A stretch of DNA of 64,000 nt from the human T2T-CHM13v2.0 reference genome, Homo sapiens. Below the pieces are notes generated by a model. That model did not search any database and had not been told where the DNA came from. It saw only the letters and a program-made list of their open reading frames with translations. The stretch lies in assembly GCF_009914755.1 (NCBI RefSeq), contig NC_060925.1. One strand, written 5' to 3'. A program made the position numbers and the translations under genes. Shown one piece after another: positions 12,355 to 25,460 of this stretch (position 1 is its first letter; the number at the start of each line of letters is the position of its first letter).

Positions 12355-13076
12355 ACTGTTTTTAGGTTCAGAGGCAGTGCATTCAGCCTATCAGTATTGT
12401 GGTTTCTCGAGGCGAGAGGTCTCATTTTAAAGGCATATGCCCAATATGTATTGTGCTAGGATAGAAGCCCAGAAGTGTCAGCTTCCTAATGGACAAGGGT
12501 TATACTGAGCTGGGTCATCCCTGGGATTCAGCTTCCAAGGTCCTCAGGAAAACACAGTTCCCTTATGAGTTAGCCCCACTATTATTTTTACCAAATCCCT
12601 ACATATCACAGTTGAAATAATAAAACTATCTAGCATACCTACCAGATGTTTTTATTTCAATTTGTAACATCTAACCTTTGAGCTATAAGTAACCAGCTCT
12701 ACAGAAATCTAGGCAGCCCCACCCCAGCTTTTCAGTTTGTATTGCATGTGTGTGTTTATGATCATATGAGACTTTACTAAAAATTTCAAGGAGAAGGAAT
12801 TTATACTATAGAAATATTATCTTAACAGGAATAATAGGGACACCAAGACATTTCACTGGCCTTCCCTGTGTTAGTCACTCTGAGGTACTAAAGCAACCTG
12901 GAAAACCCTCTGTTTTCCAAGACCCCAAGAAGAGACGTAAGGTATTTGGGGCCAATGCAGGCCTCAGATAAGTGGAGAAAAATATGCTATTCCTCTTTTT
13001 CTTAGGCCAATGTCAATTCAAGTTGCAGGACCTTATATTAGCAGAGCATAATGCTGTCCTTGTTTTCCTTAATCTC

Positions 13077-13395
13077 CCTTTTTTTTTTTTCTTTTTGAGA
13101 CAGAGTCTCGCTCTGTCACCCAGGCTGGAGTGCAGTGGTGCGATGTCGGCTCACTGCAACCTCTGCCCCTGTGAACACCCCTGCCCCAGATTCATGCAAC
13201 TCTCTTATCTCAGCCTCCATAGTAGATGGGATTACAGGTGTGCACCACCATGCCTGGCTAATTTTTGTATTTTTAAGTAGAGATGGGGTTTTACCCTGTT
13301 GGCCAGGCTGGTCTCAAACTCTTGACCTCAAATGATCCACCCACCTCAGCCTCCCAGAGTATTGGGATTACAGGTGTAAGCCACTGCACCCGGCC
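13077..13395 (-). mobile_element. AluS-type element with a small internal insertion
   Basis: Full dimer with polyT; TSD tccttaatctc (13066-13076) / tccttaatgtc (13396-13406). Confidence 0.93.
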
Positions 13396-14144
13396 TCCTT
13401 AATGTCTTTAAACTCTGAGATCCTGACAGCAAGTTTTGTTTTATTTTTACCATTTCATCCAGCTTTGATTTAAGTTCACACTTCAGCAAATTCAAATGCT
13501 GGGCCAGCTGGTTCCTCTAATCTGCAATGTTTCTAAGTCTAAAACTGCCAACAATATTCTTTGGAGTTTTCTGACTCCTTAGCTAAAATCATTTTCTTGC
13601 AAGGTCTCTCTGAGGTTGTTGACCCCAGGAGGGAAGTATTTAACACTGACACACACATTTTATGGCATCACCAAAAACTATTCTTCATACTCCATTGACC
13701 TCATTTTCCACTTAAAGCCAGTGCAATTAGATAAAAACCTTGAAGCTTAGACTCATATAGAGAGATGTGGCACTAATTTATTTTTTAATTTGGAAAGCTT
13801 CTTTTTGTTAATAATAGACCATACTCATCTTTTCATTTCTCCAAGCTGTTATTGCATTCTTTATGCTCCTCATTTGTCCTTAAAGTGGGATATTTCTTTG
13901 TGATGGTTTTTATATTAATTTTTATACTCTATCTAATTCAACTAACTATGTGCCAGATACTGTTCCAGATGATATAGATATAGCAGTGAATAAGGCAGCG
14001 AAGTCCCTGGGGTTTGTAGGACTTATAGGTCAAGGAAAATGTTGCAAATTGTTAAATCTAAATGCAGTGGTAAACCACTTGAAGCAGTTCTCAATCTTGG
14101 CTACCCTTTAGGATCACCTGGGAGATTTTTACAAATCTCAACGT

Positions 14145-14350
14145 AAAGACTTCTGGTACCAGACATGATGGAATAGCTTGAATTTGAGCAATCCTGTCAC
14201 TGAAAATAACTTCAAAACTAAATGAAGCATACAAAACAACAGTTTCAAGGCATTAGAGAGTAACCAACTCTGATAGGACTTGAGGGGCTATGATTCCTGA
14301 GAGAAGTGAAACACAGCTTCATATTCACCCTGGCTTTTATTTATTTATTT

Positions 14351-14382
<32 letters not shown>

Positions 14383-14640
14383 TTTTCTTGAAAGGCAAAA
14401 TCCCAGGGAGGTGAGAATTGCAGGAAAGCAAACCCGAAAGTCTTGTGCAGTTTCCCCTCAAAGTACTGGATGATTGCTAAGCTGTGCATGTACAGGGAAA
14501 GGCTCCAAGAAACTCAGAAAAAAAGCAGGAGATGAAGGGTAAATTGCTAAGCAGAGGCTTCAGCTGCCACATTGCGCTGGGGAGATAAAGGCTGGAGTTT
14601 AATCCCCACTAAGGTGCTGCCTTAGTGGAGAATCTCAGCA
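14145..14640 (+). mobile_element. Old L1M 5' region fragment containing a (TTTA)n tract at ~14335-14385
   Basis: aagacttctgg...acaaaacaacagtttcaaggcattagagag...gattcctgagagaag. Confidence 0.55.
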
Positions 14641-14952
14641 TAAGATGGTTGAAACAGGAGGATTCATATGCTTTGGATTTTTTTTTAAAAAAAGATTGCT
14701 GGCTCCTGTAGGAAGAATACATTGAAGAAGATAATGCAGAAGCAGTGAGATCAGGTAGGGTGATTTAGCACTCTATCTATGTGGTCCAGACAATAGATGA
14801 TGGAGACTTGGTTGTGGTGAAGGATATGCTACAGGGCATATCCCATAGTGAAAAAATAAAATCTAAGGTAAGAAAAGGCCAGACACTACAGGACTGGCTG
14901 ATAGATCAATGGAAAGTGGGGCTGAAAGAAGAAAGAAGATTTCTTTTTTAAC

Positions 14953-15112
14953 CAAGGGATTCTCATCTAGGAGAAATTTTGCCTCCCAAGAGACACATGG
15001 CAAAATCTGGAGACTTGTTGGTAAACATCCTAAAATCCATTGGACAGCCCTGATGACAAATAATTATGTGGTCCAATGTGTCAATTGTACTGTTGTTGTG
15101 AAATCCTGGTTT
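14953..15112. mobile_element. MER20 (hAT), internally deleted
   Basis: ttttgcctcccaagagacacatggcaaaatctggagac...taaacatcctaaaat...aattatgtggtccaatgtgtcaat...gaaatcctgg. Confidence 0.75.
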
Positions 15113-15269
15113 AACCTCTTGAAAAGGTATGTCTTATCTCCACAAACTAGTTCTTCTCCTATGAATATCTGTGTTTTTAATTAAACTGTAAAATTCTAGG
15201 AAGTGGAGATCATATCTTTTGCTTCTTTATCTTCACCTGCACAAGGCAGTGCAGATGAAGATTTAAAAA

Positions 15270-15478
15270 TTTTTTTTAAATTAATAAACTTTACTTTTTA
15301 GAGAAGTTTTAGGTTTATAGAAAATTGAGTGGAAAGTGCAGAGTTTCCATAAACTCCCTCTTCTCTCCCCATAGAGTTCTTTCCTATTATAAGTACCTTA
15401 CATTAGTTATGCTTTTATTACAATTGATGACTAATATTAATACATTATTGTTAACTAAAGTCCATAGTTTACTTACGT
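15270..15478 (-). mobile_element. L1MC/MD 3' end fragment
   Basis: tttttagagaagttttaggtttatagaaaattgagtggaaag...attgatga...aactaaagtccatagttta. Confidence 0.75.
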
Positions 15479-15569
15479 TTTATATAAATAGTACCTGCTG
15501 ATAAGTAATCAATTACTAATTTAATCATTCATCAAGGAACATGACAATAACGAGAGAGGAAGAAGGACT

Positions 15570-15800
15570 GCCAATGATTGAGCATCTATTATGTTCTGGC
15601 ACTATACAATCAATTCATGTGTAAAGATATTTATATGTATATGTAATATTATTTTATATGTAACAATATCAATACCTGTGAGTTGCGTATTAAAATCTCA
15701 ATCTTAAAGATGAAAAAATTTAGGCTCAGAAATTTCAAGTTATTTGCACAAAGTCACAAAACTTCTTAAATGGAGCAGTTTAAACACAATGTCAGGGCCC
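15570..15800 (-). mobile_element. MIR
   Basis: ttgagcatctattatgttctggcact...gatgaaaaaatttaggctcaga...aaagtcacaaaact. Confidence 0.7.
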
Positions 15801-17349
15801 ACATTCACATAGTTACACCAAATACTCCTCTTTTCCCTTTTCTTCTCACATGAGAAATCGTATGGCTTAGTTTTTCCTGTTTTAAAATGTCTTCACCTGC
15901 TGCTGGTGCACAGTCCTAAGGAGTGAGCAGTCCCACAAGTCTTTTCCAGCCTTGTCTCTCAGCTCCACCATTGGAGGTCCATGTGGTTTTGGGCTGTGCC
16001 AAGTGGCTGCCCCACCCCTGATACTTTTAAGCCAGGCTAACACACCCACACAAACCCATAAAATCAAGCTGCAAATGTTAACAGATGTTCAAGCTTCTCA
16101 GCTCCCACTCTCACCTCCCTTTTGATCCTTGCCTAACTGTGCTTGCTCTCACCATTCTAGTTCTAAACTCTTGGCTCTCTCTGTACCTGCCCCACACCCC
16201 AGATTTGGACTCTTACTGCCATTTCCTCAGAGACTTTTTCCTCTAAGTTCCCCTGCATGTTTCTTGGCTTTGTTTGAATATTCCACCTTGGTATTTCTCC
16301 TTGTCTCAGATGTGTTGGGGAAAGACAACTTTATTTTCTCTGAGTCCTAGGTCAGGTCTGGGATCCCAACTCAGGGTGAGATCTGAGTATCAAAATGTTA
16401 TACATGTTAAGACTGGATAGGGTTGACTTATCGGATGAAATGCGGGAGGGGGCTGGAAGGCCTGGTCTAGACCAGAAATTGTTCATTAACATTCTCTCTG
16501 CCTTCAGCCTTAGGAGTCTCAGGAGGATGAACTGTCATAAACTATAAGCTGGAATTTAGAAACAGCCTACACCAGAGCACCAGTGCTTGAACATACTGCC
16601 TGGATAGTTCCATATTCCCACCTACTCTTTCACTTGTTCGCTTACATATGTATTTATTTTCTCCCTCTAAGTTGTAAATTCCTAGGGGACCAAATATCAT
16701 TTTCATTTCTAACCATAGTTTCTTTTCCTTAAAATTCCAACATCAGTACAAATCTTTTGAATGTCTATAAAGCACACTGTTCTCTTCTGCTTCTTTTAAA
16801 TAATATAGAAAACACTAATTTTTTGCCTCTGTCTATGACAGCATTTCACTGTAAATGAATTCACCACCATTGTCAAAAATGCTACTGAAGACACTACAGG
16901 AACTTGAGCATGGAGTCCCAGAGATGGAATCTTGTTTGTCTTCCTGTTCCTAAGCTTTTCCCTTGTCCTTTTAGAAACATTGACAGAAATGCAATTTGTC
17001 TAACAAAAAATTTCTTCTCATCAACTATAGGAATTGCTTTGATGTCATCTCAACTGAGCAGCAGTCCTTTGGGTTTTTCTTTCTTCTCTCCCTCCTCTTC
17101 TGTCCCTGTCCCTATCCTTTGCTTAACTTTCCTTCCCTTTCCTTAGCGCTAACTGGTGTACTCTTAAGGAGCAGGGGACTAGGTTCAGGGGAATGGTAGG
17201 TAGAGAAATCACAATGCTCCCGTGAGATCTCTCTTCTTGAATCTTAAGTTTCCATTTATTCTAGACATTTGATTCTTCTCATGAATCGCTCTCGTCATTT
17301 TGTACTACTTCTGGCAGCTCACATACTTGGGGAAGAAAATACATATTTA

Positions 17350-17731
17350 AGACCAATGCACTGGCTATTCCCTTTGCCTGAAATGCTACTCCCCCAGATA
17401 TCCATATGGCCCACTTCCTTCAAATCATGGCTCAAATGTCACCTTCTCAGTGAAGCCTACCCTTATCATCCTATTTAATTCTGCAACCTATACACCCACT
17501 CTAATCTGCCTTAGCCTTCTCTTAACCTATTTTTTTCATAGAACTTATCACCTTCTAACATAGTAATAATTTAATAATTTATTACATTCTATTTATTTAT
17601 TTGCCTTTCCTTGTAGAACACATGCTCCATGAAGGAAAGAGTCTTTGCTTTGTTTGAACTTGTATCCCAAGTACTTATATCAGTGCCTGGCATGTAGTGA
17701 GCATTTAGTAAATATTAGTTGAATGAAATGA
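17350..17731 (+). mobile_element. L2a 3' end
   Basis: ctcaaatgtcaccttctcagtgaagcct...cagtgcctggcatgtagtgagcatttagtaaatattagttgaatgaaatga. Confidence 0.85.
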
Positions 17732-18093
17732 TACTAGAGAAATAGAACATTATCATTCATTTGAATTCCTCTATATGTCTCTCTGTGATCATACTCCTAC
17801 CTACCCTCCTTTTAGGTAAATACACTGAATATCTTGTTAATTATTTCTCTGCTTTTCTTTATAGTTGAACCAAACTTTATATATCCTACAAAATATAAAA
17901 TATATATTTAGTATATCCAGATTTTTAACTTTATATTAATTGAATAATGCTTATATATATCTTTCTAAAACTTTCTTATTTCCCCTCAACACTATAACAT
18001 TCATCCATATTGATGCAGATAGTTTTAATGCAGTAATTTTCACTGATGGATGGGACTCCAGTGTATAAGTACACCATAACTCATCTATCTCTG

Positions 18094-18656
18094 TTTTTTT
18101 TTAAGAGATGGAGGTCTCACTCTGTTGCCCACGTTGAAGTGCAGTGCTCAGCTATTTTTTAAAAATTTTGTTAGAGATGGTCTATTTGTTTGTTTTCACA
18201 CTGCTATAAAGAAATATCTAAAACTGGGTAATTTATAAGAAAAGAGATTTAACTGGCTCACAGTTCTGCAGCCTGGACAGGAAGCATGGCTGAGGAGGCC
18301 TCAGGAAACTTTGAATCATGGTTGAAGGTGAAGGGGAAGCAGATGTGTCTTAGATGCTGGAGAAGGAGAAAGGGAGCAAAGGGGGAAGTGCTACACACTA
18401 GTAAACAGTCAAATCTAACAAGCACTCACTATCATAAGAACAGCAAGGGGGAAATCCACTCCCATGATCCAATCACTTCTCACTAGGCCCCTCCTCTAAC
18501 ATTGGGGATTATAATTCGACATGAGATTTGGGTGGAGACATAAATCCAAACCATATCAGATGAGGTCTCACCATGTTGCACAGGCTGGTCTCAAACTCCT
18601 GGTCTCATGCAATGTTCCTGCCTCAGCCTCCTGAGTAGCTGGGACTACAGGTGCAT
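18094..18656 (-). mobile_element. Old Alu (AluJ/FLAM-like, internally deleted) split by MSTA
   Basis: Alu pieces at 18094-18180 and 18559-18656 flank the LTR. Confidence 0.8.
18181..18558 (-). mobile_element. MSTA solo LTR
   Basis: ctgctataaagaaatatc...ggaagcatggctgaggaggcctcaggaaact...gagatttgggtggagacataaatccaaaccatatca; 5-bp TSD gatgg/gatga. Confidence 0.9.
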
Positions 18657-19273
18657 TCAACTCAATTCATCTCTCTTTTATAGCACACCTATATTTAGGT
18701 TGTTTCCATTTTTGTTATAAGCTATACTGTCAGGAGCATACTTATGTACATCTTCTTCTACATATGTATAAGATTTTCTCCAGGATTTATACCTAAGGGT
18801 GGAATTTCCGGGTTGTTAAGATGTGCATATTCAACTTTATTGTGTAATGCCAAGTTGTCTTCCATAGAGTTATATAAATTTACTAGCAGTATAAAAGAGT
18901 TCTACAGCTCCATATCCTGGCTAACACTTGGTTTTGTCAGGCATTTTATAATAAAGATGTGTAGTGGAAACTCATTGTGGTTTTAATTTGTGTTTCTCTG
19001 TTCACCAAGAGACTGAGAATCTTTTCATATGTTTATAAGCTGTTTCTTATTCCTTTTCTGTAAAATGTGTGTTCATTTTTTAATAATTGGGTTGCTTTGC
19101 TTTCTCTAAGTGGTAGGAGCTTCTCAAAAACCACAATTTTCTTGAAGCATTAAATTTAGGGCCAATTGTACTGCACAACTTCATGGCCCCTGAGGACATA
19201 GCTATCCTAAAGCTTAACATAATCATTAATGTAGAATGATGATCTTGACTTACCAAGAAAAATTTACATAATA

Positions 19274-19628
19274 CAGAAAGTCCCCGACTTGTGACAGTTC
19301 AACTAACAATTTTTCAACTTTATTATGGTGACAGAGTGATACATATTCAGTAAAAATGGTACTTGAATATTCATACAACAACTTTTTTTCATTTTCAGTA
19401 AAGTGTTCTGTAAGTTACACGATATTCAACACTTTATTATGAAATAGGCTTTGAGTTAGATGATTTTGCCCAATGCATGCTAATGAAAGTATTCTGAGAA
19501 TGTTTAAGGTCAGCTTGGCTAAGCTATGACATTCAGTAGCTTAGGTGTATTAAATGCATTTTTGACTTCCATATTTTCAACTTACAATGAGTTTATTAGG
19601 ATGTAACTTCATCTTCAGTTGAGGAGCA
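19274..19628 (-). mobile_element. MER47A (TcMar-Tigger)
   Basis: gtccccgactt...ttagatgattttgcccaa...ggtgtattaaatgcattt...gttgaggagca is the reverse complement of MER47A. Confidence 0.88.
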
Positions 19629-20639
19629 ATAATATTCAGCAGAATCTGTTAAAAGTGTGTTCCTGGTTTAAGTTAATCAAATAAATAATATCTTTGAGAA
19701 AGATTTTAATTAAAAATCAGTAAAATGAAAATAAGAGAATGTGGATAAATTTCCCTGTGGAACTTATAATTTCCTTAAAATGTCTAATAAAGGAGGTTGC
19801 AATTCTACAGAACAATTGCTCTCATAAGTATAATTAGGAAAATATATGCTAGATATACTAATTTTTAACCCTAGTCTTTTTCATTCAGTTAGAAATACTT
19901 TTTTCTTTCACAGCTCTGAATAAAAATGATTAAAAACTGGCATTAATAAATATTTTATAAAGTAAATATCAACATTTTCCTGAGGGTTATATTCATGCAC
20001 ATTCCAGCAAAATTGCATTTACTTCAATTCCAAGTGCAAATCTAAGAATTCCTCAATTTTAGAGTGAATGGTGCCTATTCATTGCTAATATGTTAGCAAT
20101 GCTAATGTATTGCTAATACATTATATTATATTATTATATAGGCTAATATTATATATTAGCAATATATTATAGTACCAAGAAACTGAGAAATAAATTTCAT
20201 GACACTCTATTATTGGACATACCGTTCTCACTTGGGAGACATTTAAGCTACTCATGAATGTCTTTCATTTTGTTTGGTTGAAAAGGGATTTCCCAGTGGT
20301 ATATCTATGTTAGAAAACAGGATGGGCCTTATTCATCACCTACCATAAATCAGGAAAGCACCTATTTTGTAACAGGTTAAAGAAACTTATTCCAGAAAAT
20401 TTACTGGTTAAAGAAATTTTAACAGGTTAAAGAAAACTTACTCCAGAAAATTCAATGTGTCAATATTTGTTGAGAAGTGCCTATCCTATTCTCCTAACTC
20501 CAGCCACTTTATTCACTTATGATGTCAAGCAGTAATTCTAATGACAAAGAAAACAATATTGAAAGTGACTTTTCAATTTGTGACTTTAGAGCATGTTAGA
20601 ATTATTACTTAAAGAAAATTATTTTAAGTAGTTAAGACT

Positions 20640-21502
20640 GCAAAGATGCATTTCCAATTTGAAAGACTCCACCAAGAAACCAGCATAATAAATGAAAATA
20701 CATCCGCATAAGAACATATAACCGTGAACTTTCCAAATGCTAAAAATTTAAGTTTACAGATATTAAAACAAAACAAAAAACAGTTCACCTAGAAAGTATT
20801 GAAAACCAGAATAACATCTGACTTTTTAATAGCAACACTGGAAGCTGGAAGACAATGGGGTAATGCTTTAAAATCTGTAGAAAAATATTTCTGGTCTTTA
20901 ATTCTATACCACAGTAAACTATCAATTACGCATAAGAGTAGAATAAAGACATTTTCAGATATGAAAGATCTCAAAAACAAAAACCATTATCTTCTTTTTA
21001 GAAAACACTCCTGGAGGATGTGCTTTTCTAAAATGAGTAAAAGTAAAATGGAGATGTAAAATCCAGGAAAAAGAGGGTTCATTACAGAGTGAGAGGAAGA
21101 GTATCCCAGGAAGGTGGTGAAAAGAGATAAATTTCCATGAAATCAGTTACATGGTACGGCTACAGAGCAACTAGTCCAGTTTGGCATAAGAGAATGGAGA
21201 ACTCGAAGTGCAATTTATTCTACAAACTGAGAGATTGCCACATGTGTTTATATGCAGCGAAACAATATTTATACTTTTTGTAAAGCTTTTTGAATAAATT
21301 AGTGACACTATGAAGAAAACTAAACAAACAGGAAAGCAATAAATTTATAACCTTCAGGGAAACAAAAAAGTTGTGCAAGGAAAGAAATACAATTATATAT
21401 AATTATATTTATAACCTGAGTTAACTGTGAACAATAACATAAATTTTGAATATCTAATCAAGATTTACGACATACAATATGAGAAGGATGGAACAGAAGG
21501 AG

Positions 21503-21537
<35 letters not shown>

Positions 21538-21835
21538 TGTCTATGACAGCAGCGTTAAATTCTTCTTTCCTATACAGGTATGTCAATAAATAATAAGACT
21601 GACAAAACAATCAAGAATACCACCGTAAGAACATTATTTAGATATGTGGTGGTAATTGCCAAAGAAATCGTTAAAAGTGTTTTGAAAGTGATCGGCTAAA
21701 ATTAGTGGTGGAAGATGGAGAAGAGGACTAACTTTTCCATTATAAGACTCAGCACTATTAGTATTTTAAACTTACGTGTTCAACTTAGATAAAAGTAAAA
21801 GTTATTCAGTAATATAATCAAATAAAATAAAAGAA
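20640..21835 (+). mobile_element. HAL1 / old L1 ORF1-like element
   Basis: ORF 20799-21059 (RITSDFLIATLEAGRQWGNALK...ILYHSKLS...IKTFSDMKDLK) is homologous to the L1 ORF1p C-terminal half. It is followed by a 3' region with (TG)n and an A-rich end, with no ORF2. Confidence 0.75.
21503..21540. repeat. (TG)n microsatellite
   Basis: Direct reading. Confidence 0.95.
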
Positions 21836-23714
21836 ATACTATATAATGACAAGGTAGTTCTTTTTAGCAAGGGAGTTGCTAGAGCCTGGAAAGACGTAAG
21901 TCCAGCCTTGGAGATGAATAACTATCAGCAGGCTATTAAGAGGCTTTACCCAAGATTAAATTACTCACTGGATACAGAAACACTACTAAAGCCCCCATGT
22001 TCTGACTTTGGCTCAGTAAGCTTTTCTTATCTCACATTAAAAAGTTTTTAGGACATGATTAAATATTCATCCATAAGACTTTATTACTTGTGGATGCTGC
22101 TATATAAACTTTAGTGAGAAACGAGAATACAGCCTCAGAATTAACATTTTAAAAATGCCCACTATATGATATCCACTTAATAAATCTTAACTAGTTTAAT
22201 TTACACAACTATCTAATGAAGTAGTAGTCATCACTATTTTATAGATAAAGCTGAAGTTTTGAAAGTCAGGAATCTGAAACTGCTTCTCAATTGAACAAAT
22301 TGAACAAAACTGCGTGACTGGACCAGAATATCTAGTGGCTGCTTATTTAAAGAATTATATCCTTTTAGCAGAAGAGAAAAATTATGTTCAAATAGTTGAA
22401 TGAATGGATGAATGAAGAGATAATGACTTTGCGTTATTTCAACAGAAGTATTTTTAGTTTGTTAGCCAACTGTGGCAGCACTGAACTCTTAATCTGCACG
22501 TTGACACTTTCTGATTGGAAAATATAACTCAGTGTGCCTAGTGTTTTTGTTCTGAAACAAATTCTGCTTAACATGAGACAGCTTGTAGGACCAGAGGGAA
22601 GTGATGGACAGGAATACATTCTATGGATGAATACTTCTGTCAGACAGGATTAGAAACTAAAGGAAAAACCAAACAAACAAGTAGGTTTTTATTTCCAAAG
22701 TAGAGAAATAAATAACATTCTAGTTTGTAATTTCAGTCCTTTCAGAGAACTGGAATTCAGAATTTCAGCAGCTTTCTACGTGGATGCATTAAAAACATTG
22801 ATGTGCCATCAGCTCTGCTGTTTGACTTGAGAACATGTTGTGAAAACTTACAAGGCAATCAGAACTCTAAAACTGTTCTATTTGTTTATAAAGTCCACAG
22901 TGGTTTTCTCCCTCTAGTGACCTCAACCCTGTGTCGTGGGTCATTCAAGAAGGAAAAGCCTGAGATCCTTTGGTTAAAAATTGGAAAGTCAGCATTCTCA
23001 CATAGCAAGAAAGGAGTGGGCCAGCTACCTCCCTCCTCTTATTTGCACAGTTCATTCAACAACAACAACAAAAGAAAAAAAACCCCACATTTTTCCCATA
23101 TGTAACCTTAGACATGACTATAGATTCCCAAACTGTTTACAACAAATGTGGAACAGTCTGCAAACCAGTCCAAATGTACATCGCCTGGATCATGTCAAGT
23201 CATATTCTTTCCCCACATGGAGCAGAGGCCCTAACTTAGCCTGAAGTTTGGCTTGACAGGTAGAATGGACTTGTTGCTCCAGCTGTGTCTGATAAGCAGA
23301 GACAAGATAAAATATTCACTTCATTTGAGTCCTTCACTAACGAGCAAAGTGTAGAAAATTAAAGGCCAACATGTAGAAAATGAACTGGGCCCTATATCTG
23401 CAATCTTGATTTAGGCAACAAAGAGAAATACTTTTTACTCTTAGGAAACCTGTGAAGTAAACTTCTAATTCTTCTTGTTTATAACCCATGATGAGTTATA
23501 AACATATTAAACGACAAAGTATCTCAAAGTCCTTGAAGATTTCTTCTAGAAATTGGGAATCTGGATGGTTTTGTTTTGTTTTGTTTTTGGCTTTAGAGTT
23601 ATATACAGATCTAGTCAGAAATGAGATTAATTTTCTGATACTGAATTATTATTTACCAAATGTTACTATTTTTCACTAGGCTTTACATTCTGTAAAGCAT
23701 TTTTGTATCCATTA

Positions 23715-24152
23715 TATATTAGTCTATGTTCTCCAGAGAAACAGAAACAATACAATATATATTTATACAGAAAGAGATTAGTTGAAGCTAAGAAGTCTGA
23801 GGACTCACCACTTACAAGATAGAGGCTCAGGAAAGCCTGTGATATAATTTACGTCTAAGCCTGAAGGCCAGAGGATTGGGAGGCTGATGCTCGAGGGCAG
23901 GAGAAGACCAATGTTTCAGCTTAAGCAGAAGGCAAAGTCATCCTTCCTCTACGCTTCTGATCTGCCTGGCCCTCAGTGGACTGGATGATGCCCAGCCACA
24001 TTGAGGAGAGAGACATTCTTTACTCAGTCTTCTGATTCAAATGTTATGCTCTTCTGGGAACATTCTAATGGAAACACCCAGAAATAATGTTTCACCAGCT
24101 ATCTGGGCATCCCTTAGCCCAATCAAACAGACACATAAAATTAACTATTACA
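23715..24152 (-). mobile_element. MLT2B-like ERVL solo LTR
   Basis: ttctccagagaaacagaaacaata...ggactggatgatgcccagccacattg...cacccagaaataatgtt...gacacataaaattaactattaca. Confidence 0.88.
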
Positions 24153-24199
24153 TGTTACTTCTATTAATTTTTACAAACCTGCAAAGTGTGTGACAGTAT

Positions 24200-24460
24200 G
24201 ACATAGGTAGGGGATTTGTTTGGACTCTGAGTATAATACCAGCTGAATAGAGCAACCTGATGCAAGATACTTAACTTGGCCAAAGGACCAGTTTCTCATC
24301 ATAAAATGTGGATTAATAAAATTTGTCATATAAAAATGCTGTGAGGATTACATGGGGTAATCTTTGCTAAACTGTTTTGTGAGTATTAGATAATTATATA
24401 AAGCTCTTATCACAGTGCTTGTCACATGGCACATGCTCACTATATGACCATTCTTACTAT
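24200..24460 (+). mobile_element. MIR
   Basis: gcaagatacttaactt...cagtttctcatcataaaatg...gctgtgaggatta...cacagtgcttgtcacatgg. Confidence 0.7.
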
Positions 24461-25240
24461 TTTTAGACTGAGCAGGATAGATTACTACATTTAAAGGGTT
24501 TAAATGATTGCTTAAAGCACATAATCAGTTATCCTATGCACAGGGGATTCAAACCTAGGCATTCTGCCTTGTATCCCTGTTTACTTTATATGTACACATG
24601 GAGCTTTGCTCCATGCAAATGGTACTATGCTAGATACAGAAAAGGATAAAACACAGAAAAAAGTTAGAAATACAGTCCAGACTTCCTCTTTGAGGCAAGA
24701 TGAAGTCACAGGAACCAGATTTATTCTCCTGCCTGAAACTACCAAAAGATAAACAGAATGAATAAAACAATAGTTTGCAAGACACTAGACATCAGGCAAC
24801 AAAGGATAGTGGTTTCTAAGCGATGAGAAGCAAACAAAGTGAGCCCTACAAGTACCCCAGCTGTCTGCAAAAGAGTTTCCAGGGTATGGGAAAACACAAG
24901 AGATGCATAAAGTACATCTTGAGTTGAGATGAAACTAAGGAGAGTAAGGCAATGAGGGTTCATAGGAAACAGTACCAGAGAAGAGACAGCTGCTCAGAGG
25001 GAGAACTCTGCAGCTCTGCAGAGGCTTCAGCTGAATACTGATCAGGCCATGTGTGCAAGAAAACCAGGAATAGAAAGATATCAATGACCTCAGCTTCTAC
25101 CTATATAAACTAGAAAAAGAAGGGCAAATTAAACCAAAGATAAATAGAAAAAATAAAATTAGCGTAAAAATCAATAACACAGAAAACAGAAAATATAGAA
25201 AAAAATCAAGTAAACCAAGCACTCAAATTTACAAACCTCT

Positions 25241-25460
25241 GGCTGGGCACGGTGGCTCATGCCTGTAATCCCAGCATTTTGGGAGGCCAAGGTAGGTGCA
25301 TAATTTGAGGCCAGGAGTTCGAGACCAGGTAGGCCAACATGGCAAAACCCTGTCTCTACTAAAAATACAAAAATTAGCCAGGTTGAACCCAGGATGTGGA
25401 GGTTGCAGTGAGCCAAGATCATACCACTGCACTCCAGCCTGGGTGACAGAGTGAGACTCT
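25241..25460 (+). mobile_element. Alu (S/J) with internal deletion and CT-rich tail
   Basis: ggctgggcacggtggctc...aaaattagcca|ggttgaaccc...gagtgagactct. Confidence 0.9.

Larger units (their letters stand above)
17770..19120 (-). mobile_element. L1ME fragment interrupted by Alu and MSTA
   Basis: ttcatccatattgatgc, ttaggttgtttcca, atacctaagggtggaatt, ctcattgtggttttaatttg, cttttcatatgtttat. Confidence 0.7.
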
